Assembly (NCBI GenBank): GCA_023920165.1
Contig: CP089279.1
Span: 1 to 64,000, forward strand
DNA length: 64,000 nucleotides
Direction of reading: 5' to 3'
Source of the DNA: Curvularia clavata
Lineage: Eukaryota
Below are positions 37,213 to 50,263 of the stretch, piece by piece (positions within the stretch are counted from its first letter, which is position 1; the number at the start of each line of letters is the position of its first letter). The notes under the pieces are model-generated. The model was given only the letters and a program-made list of their open reading frames with translations. It made no database searches and was not told where the DNA came from. The position numbers were made by a program, and so were the translations under genes.

Positions 37213-40200
37213 CTACTTGCAGACGAAGTAGAACGCATAACTCATCTCACAGGAGCCTTTTATTTTCTTACGCCCAAACAGAACCAGCAAACTCTTCTCA
37301 AGACTCTCCTCTTCAATCCGATTCACCCGAAGCCACGACTGGAGCTGTTGAAGACACGTTTCATATTGCATAAGGAGAAGAGCCGCAACTGCTTCTTTGA
37401 CCACGCCCAGGTACTGACACGACAAACCGTTTTTTCGAAACATGCCGTGCCGGCTGGTTTCTTCCCATGCATTGCAAATGGTCTGTGGTAGCCAGCAATT
37501 AAAGCAGCATGCAAACTGGTCGAGTCGTATAGCCCTAAGCCATGCCAATTTCCGTCGAAAGAGAGTACTGTCGGCACGTTTGCACGTTTCGGGCCTGTGG
37601 CTGATAGCCATTCCAGTCGCGGCCATGCAGATAGGACAGACGCCAGCCCATTGCTCGATGTATTGCTGCAAGTTCTCTAGCATTTTGCTTCAGTTTGCAC
37701 GTCTACTTTGCAATTGACATTCGATCTCGCGCTGCTGACGTTCGACAGCTCGTGCAAGCGCACTTGCTTCCGTGTTAGGTACGGGGGGCGTGCGGCGCTT
37801 GGTACCGTGAGGATGCACTGTACATAGATCACAGCGCGCTTCTCCCACACTATAATACTTCCGATCTTGCCTTCTATCTATGTGCTGGTCAATAGCGATT
37901 CTGCGGCATTGCTCGCCAGTTAGAAAAGCCTTGCCAGGAGCATCAAGCTTATAAGGAAGACTACGTCGTGTATCTCCCGCTAGCGTTTGCCAGCACTGCT
38001 GCAACACAATAGACTCGCTAGGCAGGCCAGTACGGCCAGCTCGGCCACTCTCTTCAACATATTAGTACAATAGCAAAGGCATCTTCAAGTAAATGACGAC
38101 ACGAACCCCAGGCGCATCAAGTCCAAGTCCTAGCATGTTTGTAGCAGTACATAGCTTTACAATGCCAGCAGCAAATGCACGTACACGATCCGCCTTCTCT
38201 TCTTCCGTGCCCATGGCGCTGTAGTAGGCAGCGCAGCTGAGCAGGTTGGCAATTTCCACTATCAAAGGCACGGTTAGACAATACACAATAATCTGCGCGT
38301 CTGGGCCAAACTCCTGTTGCTTTGTAGCTACTAGGCGCTTTAGGGTTTCATCTCGTGTAGCGCTCTCGTAGTCCATAACCTGGTAAGCAATATTTGTCCG
38401 GGTTGTATGCGGGTCACGACATACTTCAAGAGGCTGGCCTTGTAGCTCAGCTACCTGAAGGAAAGCAGGTTGTAGCGTCGGCGGCAGTGTGGCGGTCAAG
38501 TAGACGACCTGGGTATTCTTCTTAGTTATATCACACAGTTCCAGCACCGCTGGACGCCAAGTTGCAGTTGAATCGAGCAACACATGGCACTCGTCAATCA
38601 CAATCTGGTCAAGTTGACATAGCATACGCTTTTGGTTCAAGAAGCGGCTAAACAACGAAGACGCTACGCTCTCGGGTGTGGCAAGCACGATGCTGGCATC
38701 GTAAGGAGGGTCTGTCCCACACCACGTAGCACAGCGAATGCCTAGTCTGTCACAGCGATCTTGGAGGTCCTGCCGCAGGGCATTAAGCGGTGCAATGACC
38801 ACGGTAACACCACCTAGCGATAAGGCAGCTAGTAGCATGAAGAGCGTGCTCTTCCCCGAGCCTGTACCCATGACTACAAGCACGCAGAGCCGTCTGTTGA
38901 CTATAGCGGCCAGGCTCTGTTCCTATTGGGGTCGTAGTACTGCGTCGGGCCGGCCCATGAGCTCACGAAATTCTTGGTGAAGGTCAGCAGTCTTCAGTGC
39001 GTGCTAGCGCTGATTCTGCTTCTTCTGCATTGGCGCTAGTATACAGGCATCTTCATCCCATCCCTCCTAGACTGATGCGAACCCAATAATACGATACTAA
39101 TCGATACTCACCCGACGGAAACGCTCTCGCTCTGCCACGGTGTGGAACGGCGACTCGAGTGTAGAGCGCCTATAGTTGATCTCTTCTATCTGTCGGGTGT
39201 GACCTGACTGTAATGCTTGGGCGTCATCTTGGCTACCATTACTCTAGTTGTAGTAAATGGTTTCAACATGCTCGCGGGCTTTCTCGTCCTTGGCCAACTC
39301 TCGATAGATAGCTGGGTAGGCGTGGCGCCACTCCCGCGTCCTAATCTTAGCGTCCATATAGTCATATGTGTACTGACGCAACACACGGTGGATGCGGTCC
39401 GTACCCCAAGTGCCTTCTAGATTTGCTAGCCGTGGTTTTGGCGGGACATGGCGCGGTCGCGGGCGCTCATGCTCACTCTCTTCGCCACTTGCCGAGCTGT
39501 TATTATTATAAGTAGATTCGTTTTCGTTCTCATCGTCAACATAATCCTCTTCTTCACTCTTATCGTCCTAGGGCTTCTCTAGTGGCGGCTCCCATAAAAA
39601 GGTAGACGGCTGCTTGGCGCCATAGTGCATCCTTAGTAGATCTAGATAGAAAGATTAGTCTAGTCCTAGAAAGTATACAATAAGCTCGCTCACTTCGCGG
39701 GCGACATATCGATAAATCGTCTTGATCTTCTTGCTAAAACTATACCCTTTATAGTAAGTAGTGGTAAATAACACTAGACCCGTTTCTATGAAGATGCCGC
39801 AATAGCCCATACCATTCTGCTCGTTTTTACACAAGATAGAAGTAATCTCGGTGCCTCGAGCAGGTGCGCCCGCAGAAAGATGTACGAGTACGAACAGAGC
39901 CTCTTTGAATCTTCGCACGCGCTTCATATACGCTGCTACACCACCACCGCACCACTAATCTCCATTTTCTCCAGTAAAAAATCGCTCTCGCAGCACAGCT
40001 TCGCCCGTTACGCGCTTTAACAGCCAGTGCTCCCAGTCGCTAAAGGCGTTCCCAGGCTCCTTGAGGAAGCTATAGCCAGCGCTCAGCTCACCTAGCCTAT
40101 CCATCAGCGTTTCCAGAGATAGCTCGGGTATCGTAGCTCCGCCCTTGCGGATGCGGCCTGTCTCGTCAACGTTAAGTAGTAGAACGTCTCGCAGAAGCAT

Positions 40201-41778
40201 AAGCCACACAGCTTCACACAATCTCTAAATTATAGATCGAAGACGGTCTAGTAAAAAGCTTTACCAGTTGATTAAGATCTTGTCCCGATCCCACGATACA
40301 AGGCCAGCAGGAGCAGCGTGCTTGCCCAACGTTCTAGCGAGCGTGCGGAGACGTAGCATGCGGTTCATAGGCGTGGCATGGTCCTTCAGGGTTGACAGCG
40401 ATATAAAAGTTACTACGCCGCGTCCTATATATGTATAAAAGGCGGAAACGTCGCCTAGCACCCTAGCTCCTAAAACCAAGTACTTTTATTCATACCAGAT
40501 CCAAGTGTTATAAAGAAACAGCACCTTAGAGGTCGTGATAAGCGCAGAGAGAATGGGCGAGAAATTCGCAGCCAAGTGCCAACCCCCTCCAAGATGGTCG
40601 TCCTTTAGCGCTAGAACCGCCACGCCACTAAAAAGCGGGCTCTAATACTTATTGTCTGGGAGAAGGTGACTTAAGAGACTGGTCTAGAACTGCGCGCAAA
40701 GCCGTTCGAGATCCTTAGACACGATAGAGTTCACTGTAGCTGCTTCTGTAGATGTTCGTATCTTGTTAAGTAAGAGAGACTGCTCGTCGCGGAGCTTGTA
40801 TGGCGCCGAGTCTGGGTTGTTCGATGTTCTCTATATATAACACAAGATCTTGATGACGTGACCACTATACAGCTTGATAGTACGCGCCTGTTGGCCAATA
40901 TAAAGTGGCTTCTCATTGGATTCGGCCCCAGTCTCTCGTCGCTGGATAATCTCCAACGCAGGTCGACCCATAACCCCACTGCGACAGAGTCGAAAAGCCT
41001 TGCGTATGGCTTTGCGCAAGGCCTTGCATGTAGCTATTAGACCGGAATCTTGTGAACTGCTGGACTGTGGTAGATCTCTAGACTCCTCACCAGGAGGAAG
41101 GCGAGCGCGCAATAGATCCCCGCGCACTCTGCCTTTTAGATGAGGAAGCTAACCCGTTAGCTCAAGCTATGGATTGGGTTGCTGGCGGTGCGGCTCTTGG
41201 ATCGTGCTCTGTGCTGCTATCGCGTCTTGTTCGGCTTGTAGGCGCTGCTTCCTGTTAAGGATAGTCTGATATAGATTCGCTGTGTCTCGTCTAGGAGGCA
41301 TGGTTTTGACAGCTAGATATGCAGGCCATCTGGATGCCCGGAATAGGCGTTGGCAAGACTGCTATTCAGCCTAGGGCCGCGGGCTGCGCTGCTGGGCCTT
41401 CTTTCTTATATCGCCGCCTCGCTTTATATGGTTGATCTAGCTATGAGTTTTCCTACAATGGGTTATGATGCTTTTTATTGCAATATAGGTATAGTAGCAG
41501 TCTATTTCCTGACACACAAATGCGTTATGCCGGCATTCGAGGACTGGAATCAACTCTCCTGCCTCTCCTGGTAGCTGTAGCGCTTCGGGTGTCCATGCTA
41601 AGTTGGGTAACGTACGTACGGCTTCGGCAACTAGTCGTCGGTTAGCAACTGATACCTGAGGATGGCGCGTTTGAAGATGCGTCGCAATCTGGCTGGGGGG
41701 AATAGCAATAGCGCATGACTGGCAGACAATGATTTGAAATTCTGGTTGGTGATTAAAGATTTCTGTAAAGACATCCAT
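37213..41778 (-). pseudogene. Telomere-linked-type RecQ helicase (about 1520 aa, single frame, RIP stops)
   Basis: N-terminal C2H2-like IVCQSC..HLQTRH (DUF3505-like); GAPARGTE; MGTGSGKS, VIDECH, LTATLPP, ATNMLGLGLD, EESGRAGR; Cys-rich C-terminus; seven ORF fragments in one frame. Confidence 0.9.
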
Positions 41779-42227
41779 ATTTTCTAGTGTAGCGCAATAT
41801 TTACTGAGCTAGCTCAGAGAAACTGCCAAATTTGAGGGAATACGTACTCTCTTATTAGATAATATAAATGCAAAATGTTATATAATACTATCGTGGTGGT
41901 ACGTTACCCTCGCGAGGGTGGAGATAATAAGCTGACTTGAGAGAATATGGGCCCTTGTCAGGGGAAATAAATTTTAGTAAAATAAGCAATAACTACCATA
42001 TAACTACTATATTCCTAATGGTATATAGCGTATCACCCTAGTAAGGGCTGAAACTATAATCTGATTTGACGGACCGTGGGCCTGTATATCAGGGGATACG
42101 TCCGTGCGCGTTTTCTTATAGATAAGCTTCACTGTACGTCATCTTGCTCGTTATAATATTAGCATTTCCCTTACACGATATACACGATATACACGATTAT
42201 ACTTGCATAATGTGGTCACTCGAACTA

Positions 42228-43997
42228 TGCTCCGCTATAGAAGAGCATGATGGTGGAGACTAGAGTTTTCCAAACACTATGGATACTTATATGGCACGTA
42301 AGTATGGCTACTATCTACCCAACGAAGACTACGAAGGCTTGTTTACCTATACTGCACGACTATCATGGGCATAAGGAGACAAAGCCACAACACCGCACTG
42401 CGCAGGCTGGCTTATCCCCGACGAGCAGAATTCTCGCATTGGCAAGCTATTATTTATCGCGTATTCTCTCCTGGCAGCTATATGGCTACTGTGTGAGACA
42501 GTTGGCAATGATGCGCTTCTAGAAGCAAGCTGGGAAAGCCTGGTTTGCGCTGCGCACGATGTAATAAACAGAACGCCAATGCTGTCTGCTGTAGTGCAGG
42601 AGACGCCCATACAAGAGGTCGAGTCGATTACTGAGGGCGCAGGGTGGATGCCACCGTCTACACAGAGAGCACCAAGGGGAACACACCTACCTGAAACGCC
42701 CGCACGCTCTCCAAAGCGTGTCCAGATCGACATAGAAGATATACCTGCATCTTCAAAGCGCTCTCGCCTTAGCGTTGACCTCTCGCCTACTCCTAGCGTC
42801 GCTGATAGAGGCCAAGATGGTGCAGACAAGGAACCTGTTTGCTATGTAACAACTACTACAAACAACAACCGCCGAGCAGAACAGCAGCGTGAGAAGAAGC
42901 TGGCGGCCTTGCGGGAGAAGACGCGTATAGAAATCGGCCTCAAACCGCCAGGACCTAAGGCGCCACTCTAAGAACTTGCAGCGTACAACGCTATTGCACA
43001 GGAAGATGAATCTATCATTGCCTGGATGATTAAGCAAACTGTCTCAAGCTCCGCTGTCCTGTATTCAGCGTCTACTACGCCATACCACACGGCCTGTATG
43101 ATACTAGAAAAGGCGCGCACGCTTGGAAACTCGTCGGCCCAATGCAATGCAGCGCAATTCTTACAAACATGGCGGCAGCAGGGCACCCCGTTCTAAACAA
43201 GAGCAGAAGTTTGGAGCATTCAATCCCATGCCCACCTCTAGCAAGAGCTTGTGGCTAGCGCATCCTAAGGTAGCAGCCCTGATAGCGCGTTTAGCTTCGC
43301 ATGGGATATGTGCAAAGTGTATGACTAAGAGTTAGCTGCTGTCTACATTGGCTCTCGATGGGCTTTGGCTCTGCTAGGGGAGGCTTATACGCAGAAGATC
43401 CGGCAGATCCGGCAGCAGGACTGGATCTCGAGCAATGATTGTACACGCAACTGGTACGGCAAGGGGCCTGTCCGCACAGAAGCCATCACGGCATTAATTA
43501 AGCTAGTGTACCCAGAGCCAACTAGGGAACAGCACAATACCTTCCGCGCGCGACTCAAGCAGGCTATGCGCTGGCACTCGGTAGTACAGGGCCTGGGCTG
43601 GGGCAGTCTACTCTTAATCTTACACGAAGAGGTTCCAAATCGATGGATTGAACGCGTTCTTCGCGTGGGAGAATTGGGAGTCTTTATTGACGTGGTCAAG
43701 CGAGAGCGTCCTGACCTGGTGGAGGCGAGTAAGGCGCTTGAAAGTTGGCTAGGGCCGGATGGGATTGCTGGTGGTCCTATCAGTCAAAAGCAGGCTTTGG
43801 GTATCGAGTCGAATATGCCGTTAGTCTGTTACGAGATAGAGGAGGTTGCAGATAGTGAGGACAACGACGATGATAATGAGAGCTTTGGAACTCTGCAGTC
43901 ACTAGCAACGCCAGAAAGCACTGCCGCTCCTGCACCGTTGCGCCAGATGTCACTGCTTGAGCTGTTCCATCCAGTTGACGAAGTAGATAGTAGGTAA
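42228..43997 (+). pseudogene. About 590-aa unknown gene head-to-head with the RecQ-like gene, RIP stops
   Basis: ORFs 42579-42971 and 43365-43997 are in frame with an ATG at 42228; intervening stops look like C>T changes. Confidence 0.65.
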
Positions 43998-44186
43998 TAA
44001 TCGAGATTTGTATCTTTTGTACATGATCTGTATGTAGTTAGTGGTTGTGACTATTATAACAATGATGCAAATTATAGACATTAGCTATCAATTGTAGACA
44101 TTAGCTATCAATTGAAGACAAAATATATCAATGGCAGTTAATAAGGGCGGTTGCGACGCGATAATTGCAGCATGGGTGGTCCGTGC

Positions 44187-44362
44187 TTAGGGTTAGCTAC
44201 ACTGAGGTGTGGCGAAAATCTAGGGTTTCTCATGCTTAGGGTTCGTTAGGGTTAGCTGTACTTAGGGTTAACAGTAGTTAGGGTTAAGTTAGGGTTAAGT
44301 TGGGGTTAGCTACCTCTGCAACCCTAAGCGAGCTAGGAACATCAATACCAAAGTTAGGGTTA
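44187..44362 (+). repeat. Interstitial cluster of dispersed TTAGGGTT motifs
   Basis: Seven exact TTAGGG, two variants and one inverted copy in 176 bp. Confidence 0.9.
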
Positions 44363-44794
44363 GCTATTGCTCGCTCAACTCTACTCTAAAAGTGTTGCAA
44401 TTTAAATATATAATATATGTATACCTTGTGCACGTCTGGTATTAATTGCATCGATTTTTGGATGTGTTGAGAGCAAAGAAACTGACTCTGAAGTTTCAAA
44501 GAAACCGACTCAATATGTCCGTGCGTATTTTTCAGCTTTGCAGCAATTTCAAAGAAACCGACTCCATTTCTTCGTATTATAAAGTGAGCCTTCCTGCGTC
44601 GCTATTTTAATAGTATTTTGATGGAGCTTTTTATATGATTGAAATACAGCGACGTCAAGAGGCTATAGGTTATAGGAAGTGTGAGGCGGCAGCGTGAAAC
44701 ACATAATACTCTGCGCGTCGCAGTAATCGAGGAATTCTTTTGTGCAGTGTGTGCCAAATCTATCAAATATTACAGTATTAACTAACTAGTTAAC

Positions 44795-45169
44795 TGACAA
44801 TATAATATGCTATCAGGCCACGATATTATATATAAAATACCTGTAGGAGTTACTAGAGCTTAGAACTCCGATAAGGTATTATTCCTCTAACAGCGCTACT
44901 ACTATTAACTATAAGGGGCTGCGCTCTGTGGAGTAATCGCTTTAGTATATAAGAGATTGTGTTTGATAGGGAGCCAAACTCCTAAGCTACATATAGCTGT
45001 CTATATACAGTGTCAGTTGCCTGAGCAACGATCGGGCCGATCAGGTCTAGCGTCTGAGCGTCGTTCGGACAGTGTGAGCAGAATCCCGGTGCTACAGAGC
45101 ACCTGGAGTCTGTGAGACGATCCGAGATCCCATCGAGGAGTAAGACCAAAGGGCGTTCAGCCCGTTACA
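44795..45169. mobile_element. Probable solo LTR (375 bp)
   Basis: TG..GTTACA termini flanked by TTAAC on both sides. Confidence 0.6.
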
Positions 45170-45695
45170 TTAACTATAGTAATTCAGGCGTTGGTAAGCC
45201 AAAATTCACCAGGTTTCAACTTGAAAACGCCCCCACTGAGATTTATCGAGAGGAGGCCAAATACCCTTGCCAAAACCAGACAGGCCCTTAGCTGACACGG
45301 CAATATTCTAGTTCCGAACACCGAGCATGCAAGCTATGACTCCCGTGTTGTGTGCGGAAGAGCGCGGCAATCAGCCACAGCGCATGCTCGGCCGAGCCGC
45401 GTGGACGACTATCAGCACATACGTTCTTGTCCCGGGTCTTTTAACCCTGCTGATCGCATTATACACCCCACAATGCAAGAGGCACATATAAAAGGGTCAT
45501 GAGTGCAGAGCATGCATGAAAAGGTCTTTCTCTCGCCATGTTCGCAAGAACATCGACGGCATTACATTCTGCTTTTATTGAGACACCATTTCCGACCACT
45601 GGATAGACTCGGACCCTGAAAAAGGATTTGATTGCTCGAAATCAGGCTAAACGTCATACTTCGTCGAACCTCCTGCGCCTTCCAGTAACAATACT

Positions 45696-47432
45696 ATGAC
45701 ACGCGAGCTATCCCATAGTCTATCGGAGTATACGCTTCAGCCCTTTCCCCGGGTCTTTAGCTCCGAAGAAGCCGCGACAACTGTCGAAGATAGAGCGTCT
45801 GAAGCCAATTACAACACTGATGTTACTGGGCAATCCTGTCGTGGTAGCTCTCTAGGGGCCTCATCAGGGCCTCGAACAGAAGCTATTGCTACACACCCGG
45901 CCAGTCGCATCAATACTCGAGATTCTGGCCGAAGCGGTCTTTTTCAGACCATATCTCGACGTGTGATACGCGCTTCACAAGAAAATGCAGCGGCAGTTCC
46001 ACGCTGGGAAGGATCTAAAGATACCGAAGAAAAAGACCCCAACCTTATCGAGTGGGACGGACCGGACGACCCAGAGAATCCGCACAACTGGCCACGGTGG
46101 CAGAAGTGGGTAATAACTATATTGATGGGTTTTATGACCTTTTGCATTTCCTTCGCATCGTCTGTCTTCTCGACTGCGACATTGGTGACAGCGAAGGAGT
46201 TCCATGTCTCGAACGAAGTGATGGTCTTGGGAACGTCTCTCTTCGTCTTAGGCTATGCAGTAGGTCCTCCTATCTGGGGCCCGATGTCTGAGCTCTTTGG
46301 TCGCAAGTATCCACTCTTTATCGGCTACTTCATCTTTGTCATTTTCCAGATTCCTGTCGCAGTGGCAACGAACGTTGAGACTATCATGCTATGTCGATTC
46401 CTTGGTGGTACTTTTGGAAGCGCACCGTTTGGTATTGTTGCAGGTGCATTGACTGATTTCTGGGACTCAGTCGATCGTGGAATTGCCATTGCTATGTTCT
46501 CAGCTGCTACATTCTTGGGTCCAGCTTGTGGTCCTATTATTGGTGGTTTCGTAGTGCAAAGCCACCTCGGATGGCGCTGGACAGCGTATCTTACGGCCAT
46601 CATGTCATTCTCTTTCGGAATCGTTGGATGGATCTGCATTCCTGAGACTTACGGCCCTGTACTCCTTTCGCGCCGCGCCGCCAGGATCAGATTCAAGACT
46701 AAGAATTGGGCTATACATGCCAAGGTCGATGAACAGAGATTTGACTCCAAGACTATCGCTGAGCAGTACCTTCTGAGGTCTTTCAAAATGCTTATCCGGG
46801 AGCCAATTCTTTTCCTCTTGACGCTATACATTTCGCTAATCTACGGCTGTCTGTATTTATTCTTCGAGGCCTATCCAATTTCCTTCCAGGAAGAGCGCCA
46901 CTGGAATCGCGGAGTTGGCGCCCTACCTTTTATAGGACTTACTATTGGGGTCTTCTTCGGTTGTGGCTACATTACTTGGGTGACAAAGACTCAATTTGCC
47001 CGCAAACTTAAAGAGAATGGTCGTGTTGTTCCCGAAGAGCGCCTGCCTCCTATGATGATAGGCGCAGCCATATTCCCTATAGGAATGTTTTGGTTTGCAT
47101 GGACCAGCAGCCCTCACATCACTTGGGTACCACAGGTGCTTGCTGGTGTACCTCTCGGTGCCGGTATTGTGATGATATTCTTGCAGGGTCTCAACTACAT
47201 CATTGATTGCTACCTGATGCACGCTAATTCTGCAATCTCTGCGAATACATTGGTAAGGAGCTTCACAGGAGCTGGATTTCCTTTATTTGCGATGGCTATG
47301 TATCATACGTTAGGTGTTCCGTGGGCGACAAGTTTGCTCGGATTCTTGACCCTTTCGCTGGTTCCGGTGCCGATTTTATTCTATTTGTATGGCGCAAAGA
47401 TTCGCCGCATGAGCAAATACTCACCATATTAG
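45696..47432 (+). CDS. MFS multidrug/polyamine transporter, DHA1 family (578 aa, intronless, intact)
   Basis: WDGPDDPENPHNW, PMSELFGRK, PETY, PEERLPP motifs; about 12 hydrophobic segments. Confidence 0.95.
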   Translation: MTRELSHSLSEYTLQPFPRVFSSEEAATTVEDRASEANYNTDVTGQSCRGSSLGASSGPRTEAIATHPASRINTRDSGRSGLFQTISRRVIRASQENAAAVPRWEGSKDTEEKDPNLIEWDGPDDPENPHNWPRWQKWVITILMGFMTFCISFASSVFSTATLVTAKEFHVSNEVMVLGTSLFVLGYAVGPPIWGPMSELFGRKYPLFIGYFIFVIFQIPVAVATNVETIMLCRFLGGTFGSAPFGIVAGALTDFWDSVDRGIAIAMFSAATFLGPACGPIIGGFVVQSHLGWRWTAYLTAIMSFSFGIVGWICIPETYGPVLLSRRAARIRFKTKNWAIHAKVDEQRFDSKTIAEQYLLRSFKMLIREPILFLLTLYISLIYGCLYLFFEAYPISFQEERHWNRGVGALPFIGLTIGVFFGCGYITWVTKTQFARKLKENGRVVPEERLPPMMIGAAIFPIGMFWFAWTSSPHITWVPQVLAGVPLGAGIVMIFLQGLNYIIDCYLMHANSAISANTLVRSFTGAGFPLFAMAMYHTLGVPWATSLLGFLTLSLVPVPILFYLYGAKIRRMSKYSPY

Positions 47433-47961
47433 CTTGGAAGTTGTCGAGAGTGGATTTATAAATCATAATCTTATTTCAGACCCTATCATCAATGCCCGAT
47501 GGAACTAGGGTCAAAATTGGCCTTAGTTCCTGTTGGGACATACAGTAGGATCGAGCTGACGATACCAGTCTTACCTCGGTCTTGCCACGGGCATACAGGT
47601 CTCAGCAAGGGCATACAAGTCTCAGCAGGGGCATGCAAGTCTCAGCAAGGGAGCAAACGTCTCAACAGTGGCAGACCTGCCTGCTACTGCTGAGTATATA
47701 GCTACGTCTAAAGACTAGTGGCAGTGAATCAGTCAAGTCTTCATCTAGTGTTTTATGCAACTGCAGTTGTTTTGACTCAACCTCACCTTTATCGTGTCAA
47801 AAGTTCCCAATTTCTTCGCGAGTTTGCTGATGCCAGTTCTGCAAAATTTAGTAGGAAATAGAACTAAGGTTGGAATGGCGCTTAAAATAAATGCAACTTC
47901 TATCATATATACCTAGTTACAGAAAACTCGTACTAATTGATAAATTAATTTTAATACTTGT

Positions 47962-48230
47962 TGTAACGGCACGAGCAAGACTGTCGGATCGGTATCGGTG
48001 GGAAGAGTCACTCAGAGGCATATGGGAGTGCGTGGGACAACAGAAACACCTTGGATTCAACAGACACTCATAGGCCTGGTACGAAAGGATATCAAAAATC
48101 TACCGAACATCTATGGAAGGTACCTGGTACTTATACCTGAGTGTGGGTCTTCCACGGATGTGGTTCGGCCTTCAGTCGGATCTTGATAAGCTGCCTTGGC
48201 TGGGGTATGCTTTGGTCTTGCATGGTTACA
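47962..48230. mobile_element. Solo LTR (269 bp), same family as 23445-23715, opposite orientation
   Basis: TGTAAC..GTTACA; TSD CTTGT. Confidence 0.92.
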
Positions 48231-48258
48231 CTTGTATGATAGCTAGTTATAACGTAAG

Positions 48259-48406
48259 TGTTACACGGAGTCTTAATGTAATACTTTCCTAGTCTCGATC
48301 CGGGTTAGGGCGAGATGGTTAACAAGTAAACCGTGCGATTGTTTTCTGGCGATTCGTTTGGAGAAGAGTTATTGGAGTTAACCGAAGTAAATAACAATCA
48401 ATTCTA
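48259..48406 (-). mobile_element. Truncated LTR fragment related to 5117-5623
   Basis: Reverse complement shares CGAATCGCCAG, CTCGCCCTAACCCGG and CCGTGTAACA with 5510-5623; cut at a TA by the pogo element. Confidence 0.75.
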
Positions 48407-50261
48407 ACGTGTTCCACGGGCGAGCGCCGCACACGGGCGAGCGCCGCACCCCACCAACTTTACACACCTCTATAAGCGTGTAGCTCCACCATATTTTAAT
48501 AATTTTAATATATATTAAAATATTAAATTAATTACTATCTAGAGTATCTTTCCTATATGTACGTGAGTTATGGCCAGTCTTTCTACACCTGCTATAGCGC
48601 GCTATAGCCTGGCGGCTGACATCTGATCGCTCTTCTCCCTGATGCTCTTTATGAGTAATTTGCTTATTAGTATTGCGTTGAGTGGTTATATCTTTACTAG
48701 CTCTTTTTGTAAGGACTCTACGCTTCTATATCTACTTCTTTTTATACTGTCTACGCTCTAATACTACTATATTAGCTTTTTTAAAACTAGTAATCCGATC
48801 GCGTATTAGTTTAGCTAAAAGTATTATTACTTTAGCCCTCTTCTTAAGCTGGTTAATTGCCGCGATAAGTGAAGTAGGCGAAGAGTCTTAATGCTGCTAG
48901 ACGCGATTACGTATTAACGTTAATTAAGCTTTAAGCTCGCGTGTATTGCTAGGCGTATGAGCCTGCTAGAGAATCTCTACTAGAGTAGCTGGAGGAGTAG
49001 GCGTACGCAGCTACACGTTAAGCTTTAATAAAACAGCGTCTGGCTAGAGAGGAATAAGGCCTGCGCCTCGAAAAGCTGAGTAGATATTAGCTGTCGTAAA
49101 GAATCGATTAAAGGCTACCTTAAACGCTAGCAGAAACTTAAGCTTAGTAATGTGGTTGATATAGTTACGTATTAGGCTCTCCACCTTACGGCTATACGCG
49201 CGCTTTAACGGTAAGAAATAGCTAATATTAAGAGGCTGGAGTAGATGAGAGGAGTGGGGCGGTATATAGAGCGTATAGATATTATTCTTCTTATAGAGCT
49301 TTTAGAACTTAAGTGACTGGTGACTCTTATAGCTGTTAAGAATAAGTAGCTGGCGTGCTCTAACAACCTTGCTATCTGTATGCTTGACAAAGTACTTTAG
49401 CTACTTAACTTCTAGCTCGTTAGTCGTCTAGCCGTTGTTACTAACTGCGATCGCCTAGTCTTGTAGGATCTCTGCCTCCTCGTACTAGATAGATAGGTGA
49501 TACTTGCTAGTAAAGATAAGAAATAGTGGGATAGACTAGCTAGCTGTATTAATCCTAGCGATAAACGTTATCTACTCTTGGCTATCTAGCTGGATAGCCT
49601 TTGGCCGGGCTTTTCCCTCTGATGCTGTAATAATAAGCTGAGTAGTAATCTTGCCTATTAAAAAGCCAGCTTTATTAAAGTTGTAGACGTCCTTGTTATA
49701 GATGCTGTATTTAGCTTTTATCTGCTCTGTAAGCTTAAACTAGCTTTTAATTAAGACTAGATCTTTATATAGAGCTCTCTACTTATTATACGCTTGATTG
49801 AAACGCGTTGTAAGACTGTCTGTACGCTTAATAAAGTTGCGCGGCTAGTGGATACTAATCTGGCTAGCGCCGCGCGCAGCTAGGAGTCTATCGGCCATAT
49901 CGCGCACAGCTGTATAGATAGGCGAAAATCTACGTAGATCTAGATTAAGTATATGATTAACTATTACCTCCTCTTCTAGCTTAGTAAGCTTCTTTGAATT
50001 GGGCTGGCAATTGCGTTTAGTAAGTCTACTAGCGTGTTGGCGGTGGAGGGTAGCGAGAGAGATATTGAATGTAGCTGTAGCGTGCCTTTTAGTTTGGATT
50101 TAATTTTTTTTAAGAGCTAATACTATAAGGTGTACATTAGCCTTACGAGAGACGTGTTAGGATATATTTGGTGGAGTCATTGTATATTGTAACAAGAGAG
50201 GTGCGCAAAGTTGGTGGGGTGGCTCACTCGCTTGTATGGCTCACTCGCTTGTAAACTACGT
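48407..50261 (-). mobile_element. pogo/Fot1-type DNA transposon 1, heavily RIP-mutated (transposase about 48525-50180)
   Basis: TA|ACGT..ACGT|TA ends; shared inner TIR ACCCCACCAACTTT; N-terminal HTH-like region, DDE remnants, C-terminal degenerate CCHC. Confidence 0.88.
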
Positions 50262-50263
50262 TA

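Noticed and set aside
8477..43997. Alternative genetic code or stop read-through explaining in-frame stops
   Set aside because: Stops are TAG/TAA/TGA at expected Gln, Trp or Arg positions with accompanying transitions, as from RIP; intact genes use the standard code.
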